Shown here piece by piece: positions 1 through 11,180 of a stretch of 64,000 nt of DNA (within the stretch, counting starts at the first letter, position 1; each line of letters begins with the position of its first letter). A model generated the notes under the pieces. It saw only the letters and a program-made list of their open reading frames with translations, was not told the origin of the DNA and did not search any database. The DNA is taken from contig MU053431.1 of NCBI GenBank assembly GCA_013239625.1, positions 1-64,000 on the forward strand, written 5' to 3'. This DNA comes from Lama guanicoe. Taxonomy: Eukaryota. The position numbers and the translations under genes are program-made.

Positions 1-92
1 TGGAGGGACGTGATGCAGTCGTGCAGCCCCGTGTGCTGGAGAACATCTCATCCACGCACAGAAGCCCCGTGGGCTCTGCTTGGCCCACGTCC
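1..92 (+). repeat. Left arm of long-range inverted repeat (partner 3790-3880); may extend beyond the window start
   Basis: Aligned by eye to the reverse complement of 3790-3880: 84 identities, 7 transitions and 1 gap; the first 49 nt are identical. Confidence 0.95.
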
Positions 93-1769
93 CTGCTGCA
101 CTGACTGATTTCCGTCCCTTATGGCGGGAGCAGGAGGGCCTGGCTGGTTCCCTTTCCCTCCTCAATGCTCTGTCCTTTCACAGCTGGCGATAGCCTCCCA
201 GCCCCTTCGGTGTCACTGTCCCCCGAGGTGTAGGGTGGCTGCCAGGGAGCCAGGAAGGGCTGGCTCCCCAGGCACCTTCTTCAAAAGCTGTGTCTTTTCA
301 GCCTTTTGAAGGGCCAGCACTATAGTTTTCAGTTACAATCAAAGTCTCCAAGTCAGGATTTCCCAACCCTGTTGACACCTGGGTCGTTTTCTGTGGGGGG
401 CTGCTCTGTGCACGGGAGGGTGTTTGGCAGCATGCATGGGCCCTACTAGATGCCAGCAGCAGCTCCTGACATGACATGACAACGAAAAATGCCTGCAGAC
501 ATCGCCAAACGCCCCTGGAAGTCTCAACTGCCCCGTGAGACACATAGAGACAGTGAGGTGCAGAGCAGGGCTAGACCGTTCAGTGGGCAGAGTGGCTGGT
601 TGGCCCAAGAGTTGTCTACAGAGCTTAGGCAAAGGAGGGAGCCTTTGTAAGTTCTCGCTCACCTCCAAACAAAGGCACACACTCCACCCAGGCCTGCATG
701 GCTGCTCCGTGGGGCCCTGGGCAGAACAGCCCTCGCCGTGGCCTCTGAGCTTCTGCCCTGCTGCTTTCTGAGCGTGGGTCCCGGCGGCGGGAGTCCCGAG
801 ACAGCTCTCCTGTCCCTCATTCTCACCGCTCTCGCCTCCCCGTCCCACGGCTCTTCCTGGACCCCGAGGCCCTTGGCTTAGAAGCCAAAGGATTCCCTTA
901 CAAGCAGGTGGTGGACCTCAGCAAATGCGTCTCTCTTCCACTGGCTGAATGCTCCATTTCTATTGTCCTCCCTTTACTGGAGTTTTTTCTTTTTTAAGGA
1001 ATTCAAATAATGAGATCAAAAATATGTAAAGATACATAAAGACTGGCACTCACTCTCGTGGGGGCTCTCACCTATTCAGGTGAGGGGCTTTTGATCAGGA
1101 AGCTGTAATGGCCAGACATTTTTTTGCAGAATTATCATTTATAGATCAACTTAACTAACCTGTCCCAGTTTGCTCATCACGCCCCCAGGGCCCTACCTAC
1201 ACGTGTAGAACAGCTTCACTGACTTACAAAGTTAAGACCAAGAAAGGCTGACCCTTTTGGACGGTGTGAGCACTTGGCCCAGGTGGTCGCCTGTAAAAGC
1301 GGCCTGTTCATCATGCGGGTAGCTGTGAACGGCACAGGTGTAACTGGCACATTTGACTGCATATTGTGCCGTACTTTAAATATCTCTTCTGATGTGTTAA
1401 AATTAGGCTTTTCCTAAACCACAAAAAGAGAAAGGAATGTCCTTTTTAAGCAAATGTGTTGAGAAAGCTCCCATTTGTCTGGATCAGTTAAAAGTGGTCT
1501 TATCTGAAGTGCAGGGTGTACAACAGGGGCCTCTCAAGGTGGCATCTGGACTTAAGACGTTAGATTCTCCCCTTTTGATTAAGAAATAAAGATCTTTCGT
1601 GTCACTTCAAAGGAATTGTACCACGATGGAAATTAGAGAGAAGGAAGAGCAGAGGAGACAGGAGATGGCCACAGAGGTTTGGAGTCTGAGATGGGGGCCA
1701 GAGTTGGGAGGGATGAGTAAATGGCCTGTTGCGTACAAGAAAGGTACTCATTGGTTTAACACCACCTGC

Positions 1770-1880
1770 CCTCTGGACCGGAAGCACGGGAGGGCTCACA
1801 GCTGCCCATGGCCCCTCAGGTGCAGGGGAAGGAGCAGGGATTTGAACCCATGTCTGTCTGACTCCAAGCTCATGAAGTTG
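1770..1880 (-). mobile_element. MIR SINE fragment
   Basis: gcagggatttgaacccatgtctgtctgactccaag matches the reverse MIR tRNA-derived head. Confidence 0.7.
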
Positions 1881-2620
1881 TCTTGCTCCCGAGGTCCAGG
1901 GAAAACAGGTCTTGCCTGTTTTTCTTCCCTAATTAAACAGAAGTCTCCCAAAGACCTAGAAAACATACTTGAGGCTATAAAAATAAATTAACATGAAGCC
2001 CTTTGGGAATGCTCCTGGTGTTGCTGGTGGTGGGGGTCCTGTCTTCCGCCTGCAGACACCGGTCCGACCCTGACAGCCTGACCGCAGTGAGCTCTGACTG
2101 TGGAGCTGTAGGCGAGGCGGCCGTGGCCTTCAGGGCGGGGGCAGGCGGGGTGTGCAGAGAGAGGTGAGAGAGGCCACTCTCCTTGGGCCACACGGGTGGA
2201 AGGAGGTGCAGAGGAGGGTCACAAAGAACACATTTTTCTGACTTCCCTGAGATTTCAAGGGTAAGTGCTATACTTTGAGCAAAACACAGAAACATGAAGC
2301 AATTGCTACAAAATCTGTATCACGTATCATAGAAGCAGCGTGTATCCGTGGACCTGCAGTAAATCAGACCAGAGCCAGATGCCAGACGTGCCAGCTCTTG
2401 GCTGGGAGGCCTCACGCGAGCTTCAGCTCGCTGACTTCAGTGTGCCCCGCCCTGACACGGCGATGCCTGGGGGAGCGTCGCCTCCGGGCGAGCTGCGCCA
2501 GGTCGCTAGTAAGCCGGTCACCAGCAGAGCCGCCGCACTGAGCCCTGGGCTCAGAGCCTGCTGTCTGGGCCTAGTTTTGTCCCCTACTTGCTGGCACTCC
2601 TGTTTGATCACTTCACTTAC

Positions 2621-2647
2621 CTGAGTTCAGTGCTCTCAAATTGAACA
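2621..2647 (-). other. Candidate 27-nt microexon, host transcript unidentified
   Basis: Minus strand: ccccttctttttttatttttactttcatttttctcag|TGTTCAATTTGAGAGCACTGAACTCAG|gtaagt. Long pyrimidine tract, CAG acceptor, consensus donor, length 3n. No transcript evidence. Confidence 0.45.
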
Positions 2648-3789
2648 CTGAGAAAAATGAAAGTAAAAATAAAAAAAGAAGGGGGCCGAGGGAGAACCAC
2701 CTCCCACATTTGGCCTGCAGATGCGCAGATCATGGGAAGGGAGCTTCCCTGCAGGCTGTGAAGCGGCTCAGAGTCAGAGGCAGCACTGCCAGTGAGACGC
2801 GACTGACAGGCTGAACAGTCTCGGACCTGCTCCATGCTGGACCCTTACCCACCAAGGACGACCTTGCTTTTACCTGCCCACATCCCTCTCCTCCCCACAG
2901 CGGGTGCCGGCGAGGGGCCAGGATCTGGGGGGGACAATGAAAGGATTCGGGTTGGTCAGAGGGTCCCAGGGCTCGCCTCTGTTATGCGGAGTCTGGGCTG
3001 TCTGTGAGCTGGAAGAAGCTACAGTGGCTGGACAATCTCCTGCATAACAGCAGGGAAGGCAGAGGAGAAGGAGAGAAGGGGGGCTACTCTGGGGCTTGCA
3101 GGGGATTTATTTTGGGGTTCCTGGAGGAGTATAAGGTGAGGAAGCTGAGGGTGTAAGGTGATTGGGCAGGAAAGGAAATGTGGAGAAGGGATGCTTTAGG
3201 TTACTAATAGGATCCCCGTTAATGTTTGTGGGAAGAAGCAAGAAGAGACTGCAGTTCATTTCTCATCATTTTTAATTGTGGAATTTGCTTCTTTGAATGT
3301 GATTCCATGCAGAGACTGAGCCACACGGGGCACCAGTGTGCACAGGTATACTGCAAAGGCGTTCTGGAACACCGTCTGGGGATGGACATCTCAGCATGGG
3401 GACAGGCACTGCTTTAGAGTTCATTCAGTGCTTTACAAGCATTTTGTCATTTGAGTTCCTCCGGAGCACGATGACAAAGGCCAGTGTGGATTTTTATATG
3501 TGTGGATCCTAGGGCTGTGCCTTTCCTGATCACCGTTAGAGCAGGGTTCTGGGTCCTGTCATAAATAGTAGCTCTGGCTACTCACTAAACGTTAGGTTTA
3601 ATTACTGCGTTAATTATCTCCTTTGTTCATCTGTTTAAGGAATGTGCATGAACATTCACTCTGTGCCAGATAGTGTTAAGCAAGCAAACGTGGTCAAGTA
3701 TAGATTATGAGGGTGCAATATTGAAGAAGACTCCAGAAGGATGAACACGAATTCATTACGAAATGAATGTGACTTGGGAGTGTGTACAA

Positions 3790-3880
3790 GGACATGACCA
3801 AGCAGAGCCCACGGGGCTTCTGCACGCAGACGAGATGTTCTCCAGCACACGGGGCTGCACGACTGCATCACGTCCCTCCA
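3790..3880 (-). repeat. Right arm of long-range inverted repeat (partner 1-92)
   Basis: Reverse complement reads tggagggacgtgatgcagtcgtgcagccccgtgtgctggagaacatctcgtctgcgtgcagaagccccgtgggctctgcttggtcatgtcc. Confidence 0.95.
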
Positions 3881-4699
3881 AGCGGTTCATCTGAAATGGA
3901 ATGAAACTGGGTGGATGTGCCCTGGGGAGCGTGTGTGAGGCGGGGCGGGGCCGACGCACACGCGATCCAGGCGCCCGGGGAGCTCTCCCAGACACGCGGT
4001 TGTGTGATTAAACCGAGTCACCACCCGCAAGAGAAGATGCAACTGACTGGCTTCGTTCCAGGGCAAAAGGCCAGGGAGGTGAAGGCTGGACCGTTCTGGC
4101 CTCCAACAGTCAAACGTGTCCCCCCCAGGGGTCAGCCGCCGGGTGTCAGCCCCTGCCTCCAGGGCCTGCACCAGTTTCACACACGGCTTTAGGGCACTGG
4201 GGTTGCAAAAGCCTTTGTGTTCGGTAAGAGAAGAGCCTGGAGAGCAGCGTCATTAACCCACTCACCTCTCCCAGGCCCGGGTCCCTGGCCTGTGTGCAGC
4301 TCTGTGCAGGGCACCCTCGGGTGGGGGCAGCCGAGGCCCAGCCCCCGGGCGTGGGACCTCTCCCAAGGAACATGCTAAAATCTGTACATCGTACCTTAAC
4401 TTTGACAAGCGTTTTCATTCTACTCAGTGCTGTAACTGCATCTGAATTATGGTTTTCAGGAGCTGAAATGACGCCTCGCTATGGAGGAGACCGGTGCTCC
4501 GGGTCAACACAGCAGGCTCTTCCTGTGGCTTTGCTTGGCCTCTCTCGGCCCTGCACCCGCGGGAGGACACCCCCAGCTGGAGAAGCTCTGCCTGCCGATT
4601 AAACCCAGCACAGCTGGGGGAGCACACACCTCTGCCTGGCCTTGTCCTAGCGAGAGGAAACCGTACTAACGATAATTAACACGTACCCGCCACCTCACA

Positions 4700-4880
4700 C
4701 CTGCAGTGAGCATTCCACCTGCCTTTATCACACCTGGCACTCCTGAGATTAGAGTTAGTGTTACTATGCCCCTTTTGCAGACGAGGAAACCGAGGCCCAG
4801 GGAGGTTAACTGGCTCCCCCGGGGTCCCCGTGCCGAGCACCAGCTGAACACAGGGAGTCTGGAGTTCAGAGCCCTCCGAC
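4700..4880 (-). mobile_element. MIR SINE
   Basis: ccttttgcagacgaggaaaccgaggcccagggaggttaac resembles the MIR core cccattttacagatgaggaaactgaggcacagagaggttaag. Confidence 0.85.
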
Positions 4881-5200
4881 GCACAAGCTCTCACAGCGCT
4901 CACCGGCTCCTTGGAGGGGGAAGACTGCATGGGTTTCACCCACTCAGCACCCATGGGATGGGTGCCATCCACGTGGATGCGTGGGCTAGATGCTGGAACG
5001 TGGAGACGGGACACACGTCCTTGGCTGCAAGACTCACGATCCAAGCCAGGCTAAAGGGCAGATTCCAAGAGTAAAAGCCGCAGAAGAGGAGGGGAGGCAG
5101 GACCCGTTGGTCGGAGCCACCAGGAGGCTCCGGGTCAAAGGGAGGCTCGAGGGGGAGTTGGAGGGTGGAGGAGCCGGCAGCGAGGTGCTCGTTTCAGCCC

Positions 5201-5332
5201 CATGATTCTCAAAGTAGGGTGCCCGGGGCGGCAGCATCAGGACCACGTGGGCCTTGTCAGAAGTGCAGACTGTGACCCCGAATCTCCAGTCCTCCGGGTG
5301 ACTGTGATGCACACTCAAGCTTCAGCACCTCT
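5201..5332 (+). mobile_element. MER5A-like hAT-Charlie DNA transposon fossil, internally deleted
   Basis: catgattctcaaagtagggt...gcagcatcag...ccttgtcagaagtgcaga...cctccgggtgactgtgatgcacactcaagcttcagcacctctg follows both MER5A termini. Confidence 0.75.
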
Positions 5333-5375
5333 GTCTTAGGGAAAAATGAGGTAAGGAGCACAGAGAGAGGATGAC

Positions 5376-5413
5376 NNNNNNNNNNNNNNNNNNNNNNNNN
5401 NNNNNNNNNNNNN
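5376..5413. other. Assembly gap (38 N) flanked by a near-identical direct duplication (5248-5375 and 5414-5538)
   Basis: The N run is visible; the two flanking copies differ only by a 3-nt indel (cag). Confidence 0.95.
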
Positions 5414-6039
5414 TGGGCCTTGTAAGTGCAGACTGTGACCCCGAATCTCCAGTCCTCCGGGTGACTGTGATGCACACTCAAGCTTCAGCACCTCTGTCTT
5501 AGGGAAAAATGAGGTAAGGAGCACAGAGAGAGGATGACACTTGGCAGCGCTGGAAAGCAGGGAGTTGGGTGGTAAGCGAGGTGGAATGCAGCCGGCATTG
5601 TCGGAGGCTGACTGCGGAAACACGCGTCTGCAGAGGCCTCGTTTAGAACATCTGAGCAGTTTTCCATTTCAGATTCTGTTTCTTAAACCGAACTTCAGCT
5701 GCATGGAGCACTAGCTACCTCTCTGCAATAAATGGCTGATAATTGTGTTTTATAAGTACAATTTACAATTATAAGTCAACGAGAAGTTGTTTTAATGTAT
5801 TGATCATTTTAACCTGATTTCTCGTATGTGTCACTGATTTTTGGATTTTTAATATTTTATCTAGAGTCCATGTCAGGATATACCAGAGCCCAGCAATTCT
5901 GTGTTGCCGTTTTTCTAAAGATGAGCTATTTTTCATATAAACAATTGGTAATGACATGTTAATAGACAGATCAACAAATTATCTATCTCAAGTTAATTTT
6001 TCAGCAATAATATGACACCCAACATTTAGATGATTTTAG

Positions 6040-6165
6040 AATCTCCTGGAGTTGTTTCCATTTAAAACTGAGAAAATGAAGGTACGGGATGATTAAATGA
6101 CTTGTCTGCGATCTCCCTACTACGAAGGGTTCAGATTGGGATGAGAAGCCAGCCCTTCTGACTGA
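6040..6165 (-). mobile_element. MIR fragment
   Basis: tttaaaactgagaaaatgaaggtacgggatgattaaatgacttgtc resembles a degenerate MIR core. Confidence 0.6.
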
Positions 6166-6829
6166 GGCTTATGCCTGGAAAGTCACATTCGAGTACTGTG
6201 GTAAAGGACTCCTGTCCCATGGTCTAAGGGCCTCTTCTGTCTGGTTCCTGGCGTCCCTGCTAGGAGGGGTGTCTGTGCAGAGGGGCCCTTGGCGAGCTGC
6301 TGCATTATGCAAACTTGATTATCCTGTCCGATGTTACTGATGTCAGCAGCCATTGTGAAATGAAGTTTGGGAGATGGAGTGTGGAGGACAGCACTTGTAA
6401 TTTTTAATAATCATCCTCTTACTTCTTGTGGGGAGGCGGGGTGGGGGAGGCAGAGCTTCAGGGCTGTGGGTGCTTTAATGGAATCTGTCTGTCATGATGA
6501 AGAAATGGAGAAAGTCTCTTAGCACCCTATGGGCAAGCTCAGGGCTTCAACCAACTTGGTGAACAAATTCCTCAAGAATTTCAGATATGTTTGACCATCA
6601 AGGCAGACTGGGGATGACAGAGGGGCCAGTGAGGCTGTGATCCCCTGAGGTTTAGTCATCCCTGAATCCCTGGTGCCCTTCCTAGGACTTGGTACCCAGC
6701 AGGCAGGTGTTGGCCTAGGTATAGCTGATACCCAACTTAACAAAGAACCTTTACATTAGAGTTTCAACAGCTCATGCCTTGTCTTACCCACTTTTTCAAG
6801 TTCAAAATCTCCTTACTCAACTACCTAAT

Positions 6830-7465
6830 CAGTTTCTCCCTCTGGATGTCACATGATCAGGAGAATACAGATAATGTCCCCTTCACATGATGCCCAAGGA
6901 ATGGCACCACCACCTACCCAGTTTCCCAAGCAGGGTGATGCCTTGGCATCATCTTTGATTTCCATTCTACCTTGTACCACACACCTACTCATTACCAAGC
7001 ACTGCCTCTCCCGTTCCCTCACTGTCTTTTGAAACTGACACTTACCTCTGTCTCCACCATCAACTCCCTGGACCACACCGCCATCGTATCTTTCATCCAC
7101 AGCTGCAGCAGTCTCCTAATTGGTTTCCCTGTCAGTCCATTCGCCACGTGGTAGCCAGAATGACATCTAGTCAGCTCCTACTTAAAACCCTCCATGGTCC
7201 CTCAGGTCAAAGTTCAAGGTCCTCACATGACCTAAGGCCCTGCAAGGTCTCGTCCTCACCAACTTCTTCACCTCTATCGCCCACTCTGCTCCCCGCCTCC
7301 CTAATTCACAGTCTCCCACGGGCCACGCCTCCTTGAACCCAGCCTTCACACACTGTTCCCCCTGCTCAGAGCATCCTTCCCCTGCTCCTTGTCTGGCCAA
7401 CTCTTGCTTATTCGGCCAGGCCTCAACCTGACAGTCAGGTCTTCAGTGAGGACTTCCCTGAGTGA
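6830..7465 (+). mobile_element. L2 LINE 3' region
   Basis: aatggcaccaccacctacccagtt, gtctcctaattggtttccctg, cttaaaaccctccatgg and acttccctga are collinear with the L2 consensus. Confidence 0.85.
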
Positions 7466-7699
7466 CAGGAAGGCAGACACTTGTAAAACCCTTGCTGTTC
7501 CAGGGACTCACCTAAGCACTTGAAGCTGTCAGCAATACCCGTGTGCTTACAGCTTTTCTAATGTTAAAATAGTACTTTTAATGGAAAATTTAGAAATTGC
7601 ATTATTGTATGAGAAAAATAAAAATCACCTGTATTTTTGCTTTAACATTTTCATTCCATCTCACTTAAGGTCAGGTAAATGTTTACAATTTTGGCCTTT

Positions 7700-7810
7700 C
7701 ATTTTTTAAAAAAATTGTAGTAAAATGCACATAACATAAATTTTGCCATTTTAACCACTTTTAAGTATACAGTTTGGTGGCATTAAGTACATCCACACTG
7801 TTGTGCAATA
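7700..7810 (-). mobile_element. L1M 3' end fragment
   Basis: aattgtagtaaaatgcacataacataaattttgccattttaaccacttttaagtatacagtt...cattaagtacatccacactgttgtgcaa is a typical reversed L1MA/MB 3' terminus. Confidence 0.85.
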
Positions 7811-8399
7811 GTTATTTATTTTTTTAAAGCCACACAATCCTCTCACCTTTTCATCTCTGTAGGAACAGGGAGGAATTTCTGTGGGAGGAAAGCACGCTTC
7901 CCCCACACACTTGTGCGCAGAGGCTGGATCAGGAGGCCCGGCAGTGGGCCTCCCGAGCTCTGATGGGGAGGCCGCCTCCCTGTTATCTCTTCAGCTTCGG
8001 GGGCCAGCCTCCGGCTTGCTCATGTTCAGTCTCCTGCCTGCCCTCCCACGGTGTCTCCCCAGACAGGAGCCGTCCCCACTGTGGTCGTGACAACTGAAGG
8101 CTGAGTGTGCAGGTCTGATTTGGCTGCTGGAATGTGTCCTGTTCAAGATGGGTGTCGTGACCCCCAGCCCTCTCTGGACACTCAGGGCAGCTCCTCCGGG
8201 GGAGGGCTGCTGCTCACCCACTCGGACTGTGGGGTGGGGGCAGGGCAGTGGTGAGCCCCTCCCAACACCCAGGCCTGCAGCATCCCTGCAGGTCACTCTC
8301 ATCCCTCCTCTGTTCTGGCTTCAGATTTCATGGAAAAGTAAAAGAAAGACTTCAGATCTCAGGAGCAGCCACAAATAAATAATTTCACGCTGCGGTAGG

Positions 8400-8530
8400 T
8401 GTGTGGGAGGAACAGACAGTGTCCTACTTTCCTGGCAGGTCAGGGAGGGCCTCTCTGAGAAGGTGGTTTAAATTGGCCCTTAGGGACCAGAAGAAGCAAA
8501 CAGCTGAGGGGACAGCAGGCGTCGGGCCCT
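8400..8530 (-). mobile_element. L2 fragment
   Basis: ggtcagggagggcctctctgagaaggtgg matches the reversed L2 3' motif. Confidence 0.6.
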
Positions 8531-10829
8531 GGCGGGCCCACGTATGAATTCTGGGGCTGGAGTGAGCAGGGGTGATGGCAACAGAGGAGAGGAAACACTC
8601 AGAAGCTAGGGGGTGACAGTCCTGACCACTGGCAGGAGAATACTCCGGAGTACGGGCGCCACACATCACGTGGCAGAGGGGCGGAGCTGGGGGCAGGGTG
8701 GACCTGAAGCTGACCAGCTGGGTGTCGTGGGGGGCCAGGCAGCAGGAGCAGTGGAGGGCAGGGCCTTGGGTACCCCACGCCCAGGCCAGGCAGCAGCTCT
8801 GGTGGTCTGCCTCCCGGGGTGACTGCATGGAGAGACAGGTGAGCGAGTGGTGGGGTCACGGCACTCGGGAGCCCCTCAGCCACCTGCTCTGCAGGGTTGT
8901 GGGGTGCAAACAACCCCCAGCTGGCGAGTGAGCGGCCGCAGGCTAGTCATGGAGACCCCCACTAAGGCCTCTGGGACATTTGAGGTTCTCGGAGCCAGGC
9001 TATGGCTGTCTTCTCTCCTTTCTGTGTCATCCAGGGCCCAAGGGAGGCCCTGCCCAAGGTGGAGAGCGTGTGTGTATGTGTGGGGCATATGTGTGTGGCG
9101 TGCATGTGTGTGTAGGGAGCACGTGCATGTGTGTGTAAGTGTTACCCCAGCAGCCTGCATGAATCTGACACGCTGGCCAAGGCCACTTGTCCAACTGAAG
9201 GGACAAGTCTGTTTCTTGATACAAATTCTATCTGTTTCTCGGTTATTTTCCTAAAATGCCAGTGTTTCCACTCCCTCTGCTTCATCAATTCCTAGTCTCC
9301 TGTCTGGACCCAGGACAGGGCCTTCACTCTGCTCAGCTGGGGCTGCGTTTATTTCCAGCTCTCTCGAGGTTCTTCCCGCAGAGATTCTGCCTCAAAGGCC
9401 TTCCCGTGGCCACTCAGGAAACAGCCCGGTCAGGCTCCGGCTCCAGGCTCGCTGCCTGGTCCCCGCGGCCAGCCTCCCGCGGCTGGCTGACTTCCGCGCT
9501 CGGTGTCAGGGAAGCGCTGTCTCTCTGATGAGGATGGGCTCCAAGTCTTGTTACAGGGTGTTTGTCATAAAGAAAATCAACATCTTTGGGGTCTTGACCA
9601 GAACGGAATTTCCCAGAAATACCGCACTGTCCCCGAGCCTGCGGCCCCTGCACTTACGAACGAACTGACGTGCAGGGGAACTGAGGGTCCCCGAGGATGT
9701 GATGCGGCCGTGGTGGTACCGGGCTCCACTTCTCCTGTTGCTAATGATGGCAACCACTGTAGCCATCCTGGGTGGCCTGCAAGGCTCACTCTCCTGCCAT
9801 CCCTGCCTGGCTGCGAGGCTCAGAGGGGTCTGGGCTGTGGCCGTGGCAGCAGGACAAGGAGATGTCATTGGTCCTCCCCTGTCAGGCGTCTCCACGCCGG
9901 CAGCGGAGTGTTATTTATGAAGCACTGTGCCCCAGCACCCACAAGGTATGCCACTGAATGTGCAAACCTCTTGCTACAATGCTCTCAATTAGCTCTGGCT
10001 ATGAAATGGGAGACAGAGACGCCAAACCCTAGTGAAGGCAAGCACAGAGTCACGGCGAGGGATGACAAAGCCGACTGCGTGCTTGGGAGTGGGGCTTAAG
10101 CCACTTCCCTCCCAAGTAGCACTTCAGAAAGGTGTTTCCCCAGAAAACTCTTTGTTCGGGACAAACAGCAGCTTCGCTGATCCTGGCTGTTGACTGGGAT
10201 GAGTTAGCGCTGATCTCGTTAACTGCATTTTGGGCACGAGCTTTCAAAGTGCTCCAGAACCTTCTGACATCAAGGCAGAGCCTTGCCCCATGGCTCCCTG
10301 CCTCCGCTCGCCGAGGCTGGGCCCCACTTGGCTTTGGGGACCACCCACCCACACACGCTCTGCCAGTGTTGGCCACTTGCTCTTAGACCCGCTCCGTGAC
10401 ACACCTGCATCACGAGGAACTCACTTCCCAGCCAGCTGACCTCAGCCACTGGACACAGATGGGAGAGAGGAGGGAGGGAGAAGTAACCCGGATTCCCCGC
10501 TCTCTCACGGGCCCCGGGAGGTGGCTCAGCTCTGGTCCTAACTCCCACGGGGCAGCCACCTTGCCTTGTCCCCAGTCCAGCTGGCACACCCCTGCCATGA
10601 TACAACCTCAGCAGGGTGGCCTTGGCATCTATGTTCTGGCAATGCCACCTCCTCCTCCCACTTTTTTTGTCCTGGGGGTTACTTCACCAGTGAGGGAAGA
10701 GCAGAGAAGCCAGTGGGGCGAGGAGGCAGCTCAGAGATAAGAAACACAGGTAACCACTCCCACCTCCAGCTGCACTGACCCTGAAGCTAGAATACGAACA
10801 AGATCAAGGCTGATTTCTGTTTCCTGAAA

Positions 10830-11180
10830 GGACCCTGATTAACCATTCAAATGGTGTGCAGGCGATCCAGGCCTGTCCATCAAGGAGCCACACCCCCCTT
10901 GGCAATGATGATTGGTTCAGGGAAGAGCACATGACTTAATGAAGCCAATCAGAAGCAATAAAACTTAGTCTAAGTCTTCTGCTTGAATTAAGAAGCTTCT
11001 CTTCCTCACCTGGGGGACGGGAGCTGCTGCAGACCAGCGTCCCAAGGTAACCATACGAGCTCGGCCAGACCTTAAGACAGATCTCCGAAACTTTGCTGAA
11101 TGCAAGCCAGTAACTTTCTCTTTCAAATGTAAGCCAGTTTGGGTTGGATTTTATCATCTGCAACAGAAGGAGTCTTCTCA
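10830..11180 (+). mobile_element. MLT1 (ERVL-MaLR) LTR, old MLT1J/K-like
   Basis: gattggttcagggaagagcacatgact...gccaatcag and the 3' end aagccagtttgggttggattttatcatctgcaacagaaggagtc. Confidence 0.75.

Noticed and set aside
1063..1090. ctcacct-attc-aggtgag hairpin
   Set aside because: A 7-bp perfect stem is expected by chance in 64 kb.
3930..4030. GC box (ggggcgggg) and CpG patch as a promoter
   Set aside because: Too short for a CpG island, and it may be GC-shifted old L1 sequence.
5248..5538. Direct repeat as a biological tandem duplication or CRISPR-like array
   Set aside because: Only two copies, both abutting an N gap in a mammalian genome; an assembly overlap is far more likely.
9503..10099. 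198-aa ORF
   Set aside because: Non-ATG start and no recognisable motif; consistent with a chance ORF.
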